IMG/VR virus record: IMGVR_UViG_3300046660_000385
Coordinates: 1-64,000 of that record
DNA length: 64,000 nt
Source of the DNA: a virus
Reading direction: 5' to 3' (one strand)
In this document: positions 34,380-41,698 of the stretch, piece after piece
Layout: each line of letters opens with the position of its first letter
Numbering within the stretch: position 1 is the first letter of the stretch
Made by a program: the position numbers and the translations under genes
Notes under the pieces: model-generated
What the model was told of the DNA's origin: nothing
Database searches by the model: none
The model's input: the letters and a program-made list of their open reading frames with translations, nothing else

Positions 34380-34396
34380 GGTGGATCTCCTCTCAG

Positions 34397-34891
34397 TCAG
34401 ATAAGACCGTGTTCGGCCATCGAATACGACGCGGAAGCGGTGGCGATGATGTGGTCCAGCACGCGGACGTCGATCAGCGCCAGGGTCTGTGACAGCGTGC
34501 GGGTCAGCAGCTTGTCGGCCTCGCTCGGCTCGATGTGCCCCGACGGGTGGTTATGCGCCAGCAGGACCGCAGCCGCGTTGTAGTGCAGCGTGGCCTTGAC
34601 CACCTCACGCGGGTGGATGCTGGTCTGCGTCAGGGTGCCCCGGAACATTTCCTCCCGCGCGATCAGGCGGTGCTGCGGGTCGAGGAACAGCACCAGAAAG
34701 ACCTCATGCTCCAGCTCCCCCACGTAGAGGCGCACATAGTTGCGCGCCGTGGCCGGGCTGGTCATCAGCTCGCCGGGTGCGCGCATGCGGTTCGACAGGA
34801 TCGACAGGGCGCGGCGGATGGTCGCATCCTCGCGCTGCCGGCGTGTATCAACGCGCGGCTCTGGTTTCAGCTGCACTACCTGGGCGTTCAT
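34397..34891 (-). CDS. radC: RadC-like JAB/MPN domain protein
   Basis: EHEVF.VLFLD...EMFRGTL.QTS.HPREVVK...[13 protein letters not shown]...VLDHII. Confidence 0.95.
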   Translation of the reverse strand: MNAQVVQLKPEPRVDTRRQREDATIRRALSILSNRMRAPGELMTSPATARNYVRLYVGELEHEVFLVLFLDPQHRLIAREEMFRGTLTQTSIHPREVVKATLHYNAAAVLLAHNHPSGHIEPSEADKLLTRTLSQTLALIDVRVLDHIIATASASYSMAEHGLI

Positions 34892-34946
34892 AAGTTGGCT
34901 CCGTTCAAGTGGAAGGGGAAACGAGGGCGCACAGACCCACATGGAT

Positions 34947-34975
34947 AGTATATAGCATGATGCTATATATGTGCA
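34947..34975 (-). promoter_or_regulatory. Promoter of radC operon with overlapping palindromic operator
   Basis: TGCACA-17-TATACT on minus strand; TATATAGCAT-G-ATGCTATATA at 34949-34969. Confidence 0.7.
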
Positions 34976-35013
34976 CACAATAGGCGCTCCCTCGCGCACA
35001 AAGGACAGCTCGA

Positions 35014-35559
35014 ATGACCACTCAATATGATTTCGCCGCTGCGGAGGTCGACTACGCGGCAGGCGGGTACAGCATCAACGCCCTGGCCACGAAGCACAGC
35101 ATCCCCGAACCCACCTTGCGGCGCTACGCCAAGAAGCAGGGCTGGATCAAAGGGACCAGTGATGTTAAGCGGGAACTTGTACGGGAAGCAATGGCTGGCG
35201 TACCTGTTGACGAACAGGTGACGAACGGAATGACGAGCGACGAACAGATTCGTCAAGTGCAGATCGACGAGGCCACCCAGGACGTGCGGGACATGACGAC
35301 CGGCTTGGCCGTGGCACGCAAGGCGATGGACAAGCTGCTGACGATGGTGGACAGCGTCGATCAGCCCAAAGATGTCAAAACGATTGTCGAGGCGAACAAA
35401 CTGGCCGTCGAGACGATCCGCAAGATCCGCGAGCTGGACGACCCGGAGGACAGCAGCACCAACGTGACCGTGGCGGTGTCGGATGGATTCGACGAGCTGC
35501 GTGCCGCGTTCAAGAAGCGCCTGCAACAGGCCGTAGGGACCAATGCTGACCCTGCCTGA
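35014..35559 (+). CDS. terS: Terminase small subunit
   Basis: N-terminal HTH (DYAAG..SINALA.KH.I...[10 protein letters not shown]); overlaps terL start. Confidence 0.75.
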   Translation: MTTQYDFAAAEVDYAAGGYSINALATKHSIPEPTLRRYAKKQGWIKGTSDVKRELVREAMAGVPVDEQVTNGMTSDEQIRQVQIDEATQDVRDMTTGLAVARKAMDKLLTMVDSVDQPKDVKTIVEANKLAVETIRKIRELDDPEDSSTNVTVAVSDGFDELRAAFKKRLQQAVGTNADPA

Positions 35560-37159
35560 CGAGATCCGCGCCGCCCTGCACGCGGCCCCGTTCGACACGG
35601 TGGCCGACCTGTGGGAGGTGATCGAGAGCCAGTACGGCATGGACGGCAAGGCGTGGCTGGGCAGGAACGACCGCTTCTATTTGCTGACGCGCCTGCTGCA
35701 CCGGCTCGACGCCATCCACCCCTGGATCTACGCACGCTGCCGCGAGGTCGAAACTGAACCGGACGGTGTTCTTGATCTTTGGGCAAGGGAACATTATAAG
35801 AGTACGGTTATTACATTTGCGGGCATTATTCAGGAAATTATTGTCAATCCAGAGATCACGATAGGCATTTTTTCCCACACTAAGCCGGTGGCGAGAAAGT
35901 TCCTATTGCAGATCAAGCAGGAGCTTGAGGCCAACCGGGAATTGCAGGCCACCTACCCCGACGTGCTGTACCCCGACCCACGCGGCCAGTCGCCAAAGTG
36001 GAGCGAAGAAAAAGGCATCGTGGTGAAAAGGCGCTCGAATCCCAAGGAAGCGACTGTCGAAAGCCACGGTCTTGTCGATGGGCAACCCACCGGCGCACAC
36101 TTTTTACTGCGCGTGTATGACGACGTGGTGACGAGGGAGTCCGTCAGCACCCCGGATCAGGTCAACAAAACGACCACGGCCTGGGAACTCTCGGACAACC
36201 TGGGCGCCAGGGGCGAGGACGGCAAGATCCGCGCGTGGCACGTCGGGACGCGCTACTCGTTCATGGACACCTATCAGGAGATCATCGACAGGCGCATCCT
36301 CAAGGTGCGGCTGTACCCGGCCACCGCTGACGGCACGCCCGACGGCAAGCCGGTGTTCCTGACCCAGGAAGCGTGGGAAGCGAAGAAACTGGCCCAGGGG
36401 CCGGCGACGATCGCGTGCCAACAACTGATGAATCCTGCCGCAGGGAATGAAAGCATGTTCAAGAAGGAGTGGCTATCCTTCCTCGACATTCGACCCGCCA
36501 CCTTGAACGTGTACATCATGGTGGACCCGGCCAATTCCAAAAAGAAGGGGTCGGACAACACCGCAATGGCCGTGGTCGGCGTCGATAGCGGCAACAACCG
36601 CTATTTATTGGACGGCTACAGACACAAAATGGGCCTGCGCGAGCGTTGGGAAGCGTTGAAGGGCCTGCGCCGGTACTGGATGTCCCAGCCTGGGGTCCAG
36701 GCCGTGCACGTCGGCTATGAGCGGTACGGTCTCCAGTCGGATCTCGAATACTTCGAGGAGCAGATGACCCGTGAGAAGGAGGCGTTCGAGATCGTCGAGC
36801 TGGCCTGGACTTCCGACGGAGCGCAATCGAAAGACGACCGCGTCCAGAGGTTGCAGCCCGACTTCATCAGCCGCCGTTTCTATTTGGCCGCCGTGGTCCA
36901 GGGCGAGACCGCGAACCAAAAGAGAATCCGCGAGCAGGGACAACCCTTCCGAATCTTCAAGCCTGTGACCAGGCGCGACCACGAAGGGAACATGTACAGT
37001 CTCAACAAAGGCTTTTTGGAAGAATATCTGACCTATCCTTTCAGTGCGAAGAAGGATCTGATCGACGCGACCTCCCGCCTGTACGACATGTCGCCGGTCC
37101 CGCCGATCATCATCGACGAGCGTGCGCTCGAACCCGAAACCTTCGCGGACGGGGTGTGA
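35543..37159 (+). CDS. terL: Terminase large subunit
   Basis: AREHYKST Walker A variant, G.HF...YDDVV, VGTRY, nuclease VDPA...SD.TA, D..DA. Confidence 0.9.
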   Translation: MLTLPDEIRAALHAAPFDTVADLWEVIESQYGMDGKAWLGRNDRFYLLTRLLHRLDAIHPWIYARCREVETEPDGVLDLWAREHYKSTVITFAGIIQEIIVNPEITIGIFSHTKPVARKFLLQIKQELEANRELQATYPDVLYPDPRGQSPKWSEEKGIVVKRRSNPKEATVESHGLVDGQPTGAHFLLRVYDDVVTRESVSTPDQVNKTTTAWELSDNLGARGEDGKIRAWHVGTRYSFMDTYQEIIDRRILKVRLYPATADGTPDGKPVFLTQEAWEAKKLAQGPATIACQQLMNPAAGNESMFKKEWLSFLDIRPATLNVYIMVDPANSKKKGSDNTAMAVVGVDSGNNRYLLDGYRHKMGLRERWEALKGLRRYWMSQPGVQAVHVGYERYGLQSDLEYFEEQMTREKEAFEIVELAWTSDGAQSKDDRVQRLQPDFISRRFYLAAVVQGETANQKRIREQGQPFRIFKPVTRRDHEGNMYSLNKGFLEEYLTYPFSAKKDLIDATSRLYDMSPVPPIIIDERALEPETFADGV

Positions 37160-37347
37160 CGATGCGGATCACGACGCGCAAGTTCCATGAGTTCGGTGGC
37201 CTGACCTTCTACCAGATGCGCCTGGGCGACTTCGGGATCGAGCTGATGGTGACTGCCAAGCAGATGGAGTTCGGTCGCCACGTCGTCGCACGGCTGCTGT
37301 GGAAAGCCAGGGCGGATCTGCGCCGGGTGGCTGCACCACAAGGGTAG
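37156..37347 (+). CDS. Small hypothetical protein
   Basis: GTGA-coupled to terL. Confidence 0.5.
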   Translation: MTMRITTRKFHEFGGLTFYQMRLGDFGIELMVTAKQMEFGRHVVARLLWKARADLRRVAAPQG

Positions 37348-37352
37348 AACCA

Positions 37353-37453
37353 TGTGTTACGGGGCGCAGGCCTGACCTCGACCAGTAACAATAGGATGGT
37401 GTCCCGCCTAGCTTGACACTATGCGTCTGTGGTCTACACTCTAGTGGTACACA
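37353..37453. promoter_or_regulatory. Candidate res site and resolvase promoter
   Basis: Three TGT...ACA-bounded subsites (TGTTAC..GTAACA; TGTCC..TGACA; TGTGG..TACACA) and TTGACA-16-TACACT. Confidence 0.55.
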
Positions 37454-37473
37454 ACCACCACGGAGGGCAGGCC

Positions 37474-38046
37474 ATGAGCAAGGGACCAGGGAAGCGGATC
37501 GGGTATGTGCGGGTATCGACGACCGACCAGAACACGGAGAGGCAGCTTGACGGGATCGAGCTGGACAAGACGTTCGAGGACAAGTGCAGCGGCAGCACGA
37601 CCAACAGGCCGGCATTGAAGGCGATGCTCGACTACGTGAGGGACGGCGACACGCTCTACGTCCACTCGCTGGACCGCCTGGGCCGCAACCTGCACGACCT
37701 GCTGCTGATGGTGGCCCGCCTGACCGATGACGGCGTGACGGTCATCTTCGTCAAGCAGAACCTGACCTTCTCGGGCGAACCCAACCCGATGAACGACCTG
37801 ATGCTCGGCCTGCTCGGTGCCGTGGCGCAGTTCGAGAGGGCCATGATCCGCGAGCGCCAGGCCGAAGGGATCGCCATCGCCAAGAGGAAGGGCGTGTACA
37901 AGGGCAGGAAGCCCACGCTCGACGACGCCACGGTGCAGGAGCTGCGCCTGCGCGCTGCCGACCCCGCGATCTCCAAGGCCGCGCTGGCCAGGGAGTACGG
38001 CATCAGCCGCATGACCATGTACCGCTACCTCGACGGCCACGCCTAA
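37474..38046 (+). CDS. Small serine recombinase (resolvase/invertase family)
   Basis: GYVRVSTTDQ..ERQ, SG...RP.L, SLDRLGR, AQFER..IRERQ.EGI..AK..G.Y.GRK, C-terminal HTH. Confidence 0.96.
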   Translation: MSKGPGKRIGYVRVSTTDQNTERQLDGIELDKTFEDKCSGSTTNRPALKAMLDYVRDGDTLYVHSLDRLGRNLHDLLLMVARLTDDGVTVIFVKQNLTFSGEPNPMNDLMLGLLGAVAQFERAMIRERQAEGIAIAKRKGVYKGRKPTLDDATVQELRLRAADPAISKAALAREYGISRMTMYRYLDGHA

Positions 38047-38085
38047 CGGGCGCTATACTGGACTGGCCAACTGTGGAGGGGGGCC

Positions 38086-38120
38086 AACGCCTCCGGTGCC
38101 GAAAGGTGCCGGGGGCGTTT
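38086..38120. terminator. Hairpin between convergent genes
   Basis: AACGCCTCCGG...GAAA...CCGGGGGCGTTT. Confidence 0.55.
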
Positions 38121-38273
38121 CTACGTCCGCTCGTCCCGGCCCGGCTTGACCATTGCCACGTAGGGCCTGAGCGCAGCGGTGTACTCGCCCGGCCTGCGGT
38201 AGTACCGGCTGCGCCAGTGGGCACCGTACAGCTTGCCGGCGTAGTAGCCCTCACGCTGGCGGCGGCTAGTCAT
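38121..38273 (-). CDS. 50-aa basic protein (not in ORF track)
   Basis: MTSRRQREGYYAGKLYGAHWRSR..., shares N-terminus with upstream gene. Confidence 0.55.
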   Translation of the reverse strand: MTSRRQREGYYAGKLYGAHWRSRYYRRPGEYTAALRPYVAMVKPGRDERT

Positions 38274-38526
38274 CGGCATCGGCCCGGTCGATCACCACCT
38301 CGGCGGTCATGCCCTTGCTGCGGTAGCGGATGCGCAGCGGCAGGATCGGCGGCACCGGACTGCGGGCGTTCATGGTCATCCAGGCGATCCCGTTGTCGGG
38401 GAACGGCAGGAAGGGCGGGAACAGCTCCTCACCGCCGACCATCAGGGCAGGCACCAGAGCACGACGACGGACATGCTTGCCGGCCCAGGTGCCGGCGTAC
38501 CGGCCCTCTCTCTGGTTGCGGCTCAT
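38266..38526 (-). CDS. Small basic protein
   Basis: MSRNQREGRYAGTWAGKHVRRR; ATGA coupling. Confidence 0.6.
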   Translation of the reverse strand: MSRNQREGRYAGTWAGKHVRRRALVPALMVGGEELFPPFLPFPDNGIAWMTMNARSPVPPILPLRIRYRSKGMTAEVVIDRADADD

Positions 38527-38780
38527 GGCCATAGCCTCTTGAAGTGGTCGGTGCGGCGGTAGGTCCGTGCCGTCAGGTCGTACGCTGCATTGCCCGGCGC
38601 GTAGTCGAGGTACAGGTTCAGGTCGAGGCTGGCCTGGGGCATCGACAGGCCGAAGAAGTCGACCAGCACGCCACGGTTGATGTTGCCGTAGGTCGCCAGC
38701 ATGCACTCGACGAACTGTAGCCGCATCAGCAGGGCAGGGCGCAGGGTCGACAGCTCCGCCAACGGTGTGGTCCTGCTCAT
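38523..38780 (-). CDS. Stand-alone CapW/BrxR-type winged HTH domain
   Basis: RLQFVE..L..YG.INR..L.DFFG.S.PQAS.DL..Y...AP.N..YD...R.Y.....F. Confidence 0.75.
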   Translation of the reverse strand: MSRTTPLAELSTLRPALLMRLQFVECMLATYGNINRGVLVDFFGLSMPQASLDLNLYLDYAPGNAAYDLTARTYRRTDHFKRLWP

Positions 38781-38965
38781 TCCGGTGTCCTCGGTTCGGC
38801 GTGGAACGTGTGCTTGCAGTGCGGGCAGGTGTAGACCACCAGGTTAAAGAACGGCATGACCTCGGCAGCATCGGGATGGCTCCACTGGTAGTGGTCCCGT
38901 TCCTCGTGCTGCATCGGCTGCTCCGGCGTGCAGAAGCGGCGTGGCAGGGCGCTGTAGTACATCAT
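38777..38965 (-). CDS. Small Zn-ribbon protein
   Basis: YTCPHCKHTF; coupled. Confidence 0.6.
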   Translation of the reverse strand: MMYYSALPRRFCTPEQPMQHEERDHYQWSHPDAAEVMPFFNLVVYTCPHCKHTFHAEPRTPE

Positions 38966-39219
38966 CCCTCGTCCTCGTCGCCGCCCCGCTTGACCACCCA
39001 CTCGGCCCGGCCAACGTACTCCATGTCGTCCCAGGTGGCGCGGTAGTAGGCCTGTCCTCCCAGCTGGCCGTTCTCGCCGGTCATCTGGACGTAGCCCTGC
39101 GCTCCCCACGGCTTCGGCTCGGTGACGGTCATCATGCAGCAGGCGAACATCGGGTTGCCGACGTCGGGCGAGAGTTGGACCACATCGCCCTCCTTGAGCT
39201 GGCGTTCGTCCGGCGTCAT
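38962..39219 (-). CDS. Small SH3-like hypothetical protein
   Basis: LKEGDVVQL...VTEPK.WG.QGYV. Confidence 0.7.
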   Translation of the reverse strand: MTPDERQLKEGDVVQLSPDVGNPMFACCMMTVTEPKPWGAQGYVQMTGENGQLGGQAYYRATWDDMEYVGRAEWVVKRGGDEDEG

Positions 39220-39455
39220 GCGGTGCGCTCCTTGAGCGCGACGATCACATCTGACAGCACGCTGTGCAGCCACTTGATCTCCAGCCGCGGGTCGATGTCG
39301 AACAGGTCGACCAACCCCGACTTCGCACCGCGCTCGTCCAGCGTGGCTTGCAGGTGGCGGATGATGTCGGCGTCGGTCCTCAGATACATCTTGGCCGTCC
39401 ATTCCCGCAGTGCGGCGATCCTCTCGGGGGTGATCTCGATGTCAAGGTCGGTCAT
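39216..39455 (-). CDS. Hypothetical protein
   Basis: Coupled 79-aa ORF. Confidence 0.6.
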   Translation of the reverse strand: MTDLDIEITPERIAALREWTAKMYLRTDADIIRHLQATLDERGAKSGLVDLFDIDPRLEIKWLHSVLSDVIVALKERTA

Positions 39456-39458
39456 GGT

Positions 39459-39596
39459 CTAACTCCAGATAGTGTAGAGGCCGCCGATCATGCCGATGAT
39501 GCACAGCACACCATAGACAGGTTCGGCGAAGGCAATCGCGCAGCAGGCTGCGCAGCAGGCCACGCTGGCGATGGCGCGGGCGGTCGGGTTGCTCAT
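39459..39596 (-). CDS. 45-aa two-TM membrane peptide
   Basis: MSNPTARAIASVACCAACCAIAFAEPVYGVLCIIGMIGGLYTIWS; fills gap, ATGA coupling. Confidence 0.5.
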   Translation of the reverse strand: MSNPTARAIASVACCAACCAIAFAEPVYGVLCIIGMIGGLYTIWS

Positions 39597-39880
39597 GGCC
39601 GGATACCTCGCACTGGCTGGTCGTCGAACGGGATCGGCTTGCCCACCTCGGCCTCGTCGAGACGGCGGATCGGCACGAACACGTCGAAGTGCTGCTCGTC
39701 CTCGGGGTGCCTGATCGCTTCGAGGAACACGTTGGCGAACTTGGTGCGCCAGTGGATGAACACGCCGCGCTCATCGTTCCAGCGTGCGACGGTGGCATTG
39801 CGGCAGCGCCCCTCATAGTAGGCGCCGTCGACCAGATCGGCCCTGGCGATGATGGTGCGGGTAGCGTGGGGGTGAATCAT
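39593..39880 (-). CDS. Conserved phage hypothetical protein
   Basis: DL.DGAYY.G.CRNA.VARW...F...R.KF...I.HPED. Confidence 0.7.
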   Translation of the reverse strand: MIHPHATRTIIARADLVDGAYYEGRCRNATVARWNDERGVFIHWRTKFANVFLEAIRHPEDEQHFDVFVPIRRLDEAEVGKPIPFDDQPVRGIRP

Positions 39881-40341
39881 TCGCGGCACTCCGGGTCGAG
39901 CAGGTGGCGCAGCTGGCGGTAGTCGCTCAGGCTGACGCCCCGCTGGGGGTTGGTCTGGACGAAGCGCGCCGCGAGTTCGGGATGGCCGTCGCAGATCGCC
40001 ACGTCGTCGACGATGGCGAACGTCGTCACCTCGGGATGCTCGGCGAGCCAGGCCGCGATCTCGCTGCCCCGCGTGTCGTAGCTGCCGTGGTCCGGCGTCT
40101 CGTCGATCACCGGCAAGTCCAGCGCCTCGGCAACGACGCCCGGACGGTGGTAGATGCGCCAGGTCGAGGACAGGACGATCACCGTCTCGGTCACACGGCA
40201 CAACCTGCGGATCAGCCCCAGGGCAACGTGGTCGAACTTGGGCATGTCGGCCTCTGAGAAGTCGTGCGGGTAGCCGCCCAGCGCCATGCTGCTGCGGTCG
40301 CTATTGACCACGCCGTCGATGTCGAAGAACAGGACCTTCAT
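39877..40341 (-). CDS. HAD-superfamily phosphatase (Swiss-Army-knife RNA-repair-like)
   Basis: FFDIDGVVN, IVLSSTWR, RG.EI..WL, FAIVDD. Confidence 0.88.
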   Translation of the reverse strand: MKVLFFDIDGVVNSDRSSMALGGYPHDFSEADMPKFDHVALGLIRRLCRVTETVIVLSSTWRIYHRPGVVAEALDLPVIDETPDHGSYDTRGSEIAAWLAEHPEVTTFAIVDDVAICDGHPELAARFVQTNPQRGVSLSDYRQLRHLLDPECRE

Positions 40342-41246
40342 CGCTGACTCCCGACCAACTGCATGCGCTCGACGAAGTCAGGTCTGGCACGGCAGTACAG
40401 CTGGCCGGTCTGCGCGTCGCGGTACACGACCAGATCGGCATGGTCACGCATGGTGCCCGCGCCCTTGGCCTGGCCGATCAGTTCGTACTCGCCGCCCTTG
40501 CCGATGCAGGTATAGACCAGAGTCGGGTAGGCGTTCAGCCGGCGCGCGATCTCCTGGGCGTGGGCGATCTCGCGCTCGTCCGAGTCGAAGTGGCCGTAGA
40601 CCTCCAGCGCCACAGTGAAGGTGGAATCGCCGGATTGGATCACGATCCGGCCCTGGCCCCAGTGGTCGACCGTCCACGGACCCTTTTCCGTGACAGTCAC
40701 GGATTCAGCGGAAGCGGTGTCGAACCACCAGTCGAACGCCGACAGCAGGTCGTGGGCAGTGAGCTGGAAGCGCACCCGGTCGGGCTGCTCGTGATACTCG
40801 ATCACCTCGCACTGGTTGCCGATGAAGGCGATCGCCTGTTCCGGCGTGCTCGGGATCGCCGGCCTCGCCGCCATGCGCTCGCGCAGCTCCATGCACTCCT
40901 TCGACTTCGACGCGGCGCGGGTCTCGGCCAGGTCGGCACGCAGCTTCTCGGCAGCGAGCTGGCGGTGCAGGGCGGTGATCTCGTCGTCGGCGCTCAGCGC
41001 GGTTCCCCAGCAGGTCCTGTCGATCTCGGCTGCGATCTCGGCGTGGGTCTTGGCAGGGTAGGCCCGCACCATGTTGACGTGAAAGGCAGCGCGCAACTGG
41101 CGCAGCTTCGTCAGCAGCGCCTCGGACACGAACATCGGCGGCACCCTCTCGTCGATCACGCCGGCCTCGACCAGCTCCTGGCGAACCATGTCCATGCAGT
41201 CGGCCATGCCCTGCAGTGTGAGTTCAGTTTCTTTATCGCTATTCAT
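40338..41246 (-). CDS. Mosaic hypothetical protein with C-terminal DUF1653-like domain
   Basis: Real start ATG 41246; KGGEYELIG.A...LVVYR...G.LY.R...DF.ER. Confidence 0.7.
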   Translation of the reverse strand: MNSDKETELTLQGMADCMDMVRQELVEAGVIDERVPPMFVSEALLTKLRQLRAAFHVNMVRAYPAKTHAEIAAEIDRTCWGTALSADDEITALHRQLAAEKLRADLAETRAASKSKECMELRERMAARPAIPSTPEQAIAFIGNQCEVIEYHEQPDRVRFQLTAHDLLSAFDWWFDTASAESVTVTEKGPWTVDHWGQGRIVIQSGDSTFTVALEVYGHFDSDEREIAHAQEIARRLNAYPTLVYTCIGKGGEYELIGQAKGAGTMRDHADLVVYRDAQTGQLYCRARPDFVERMQLVGSQR

Positions 41247-41252
41247 CACGCC

Positions 41253-41282
41253 AGTTTGTCGCGTGGTGTTACCACCTGTCAA
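41253..41282 (-). promoter_or_regulatory. Promoter of second accessory operon with inverted repeat
   Basis: TTGACA-18-CAAACT ending 6 nt before ATG; GTGGT-GTT-ACCAC in spacer. Confidence 0.55.
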
Positions 41283-41300
41283 GACTTTCGGAGACCTCCC

Positions 41301-41573
41301 ATGAAGAAGTTCGTCAAGCCCGTGGCCAAGCCAGAACAGGTGCCGTCGATGAACCCGCCGCCGATGCCGGTCAAGGCTGCGCGTCCGCCGGCGGTGCCGC
41401 CCGTCTCGCCGAAGATCCCGGCCGGTCCGTCGCCGATGGCGCGCCCGCCGGTGCCCAAGACCAGCCGCCAGGTGCCCAGCGTGCCGACCGCCCGCGGCGT
41501 GGTGCGCACCGACACCCACAACCAGGTCAACCAGGTCCCGGCCCACGCCAAGCACAAGGGCCGGGGTGTGTGA
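41301..41573 (+). CDS. Pro/Lys-rich small protein
   Basis: RBS GGAG; MKKFVKPVAKP... Confidence 0.6.
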   Translation: MKKFVKPVAKPEQVPSMNPPPMPVKAARPPAVPPVSPKIPAGPSPMARPPVPKTSRQVPSVPTARGVVRTDTHNQVNQVPAHAKHKGRGV

Positions 41574-41698
41574 TGGCCAGCCCGTTCCCCGACAGGCCGT
41601 TCGAGCCGTCCCCGGAATTCCGGGAATGGCTGGACCGCCTGGTGGGGAACGGGCCGCCACCGAAGCCCACGCCGATCCCAGAGGACCCCGATGAGTGA
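41573..41698 (+). CDS. 41-aa hypothetical protein
   Basis: TGATG coupling; overlaps next start. Confidence 0.4.
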   Translation: MASPFPDRPFEPSPEFREWLDRLVGNGPPPKPTPIPEDPDE

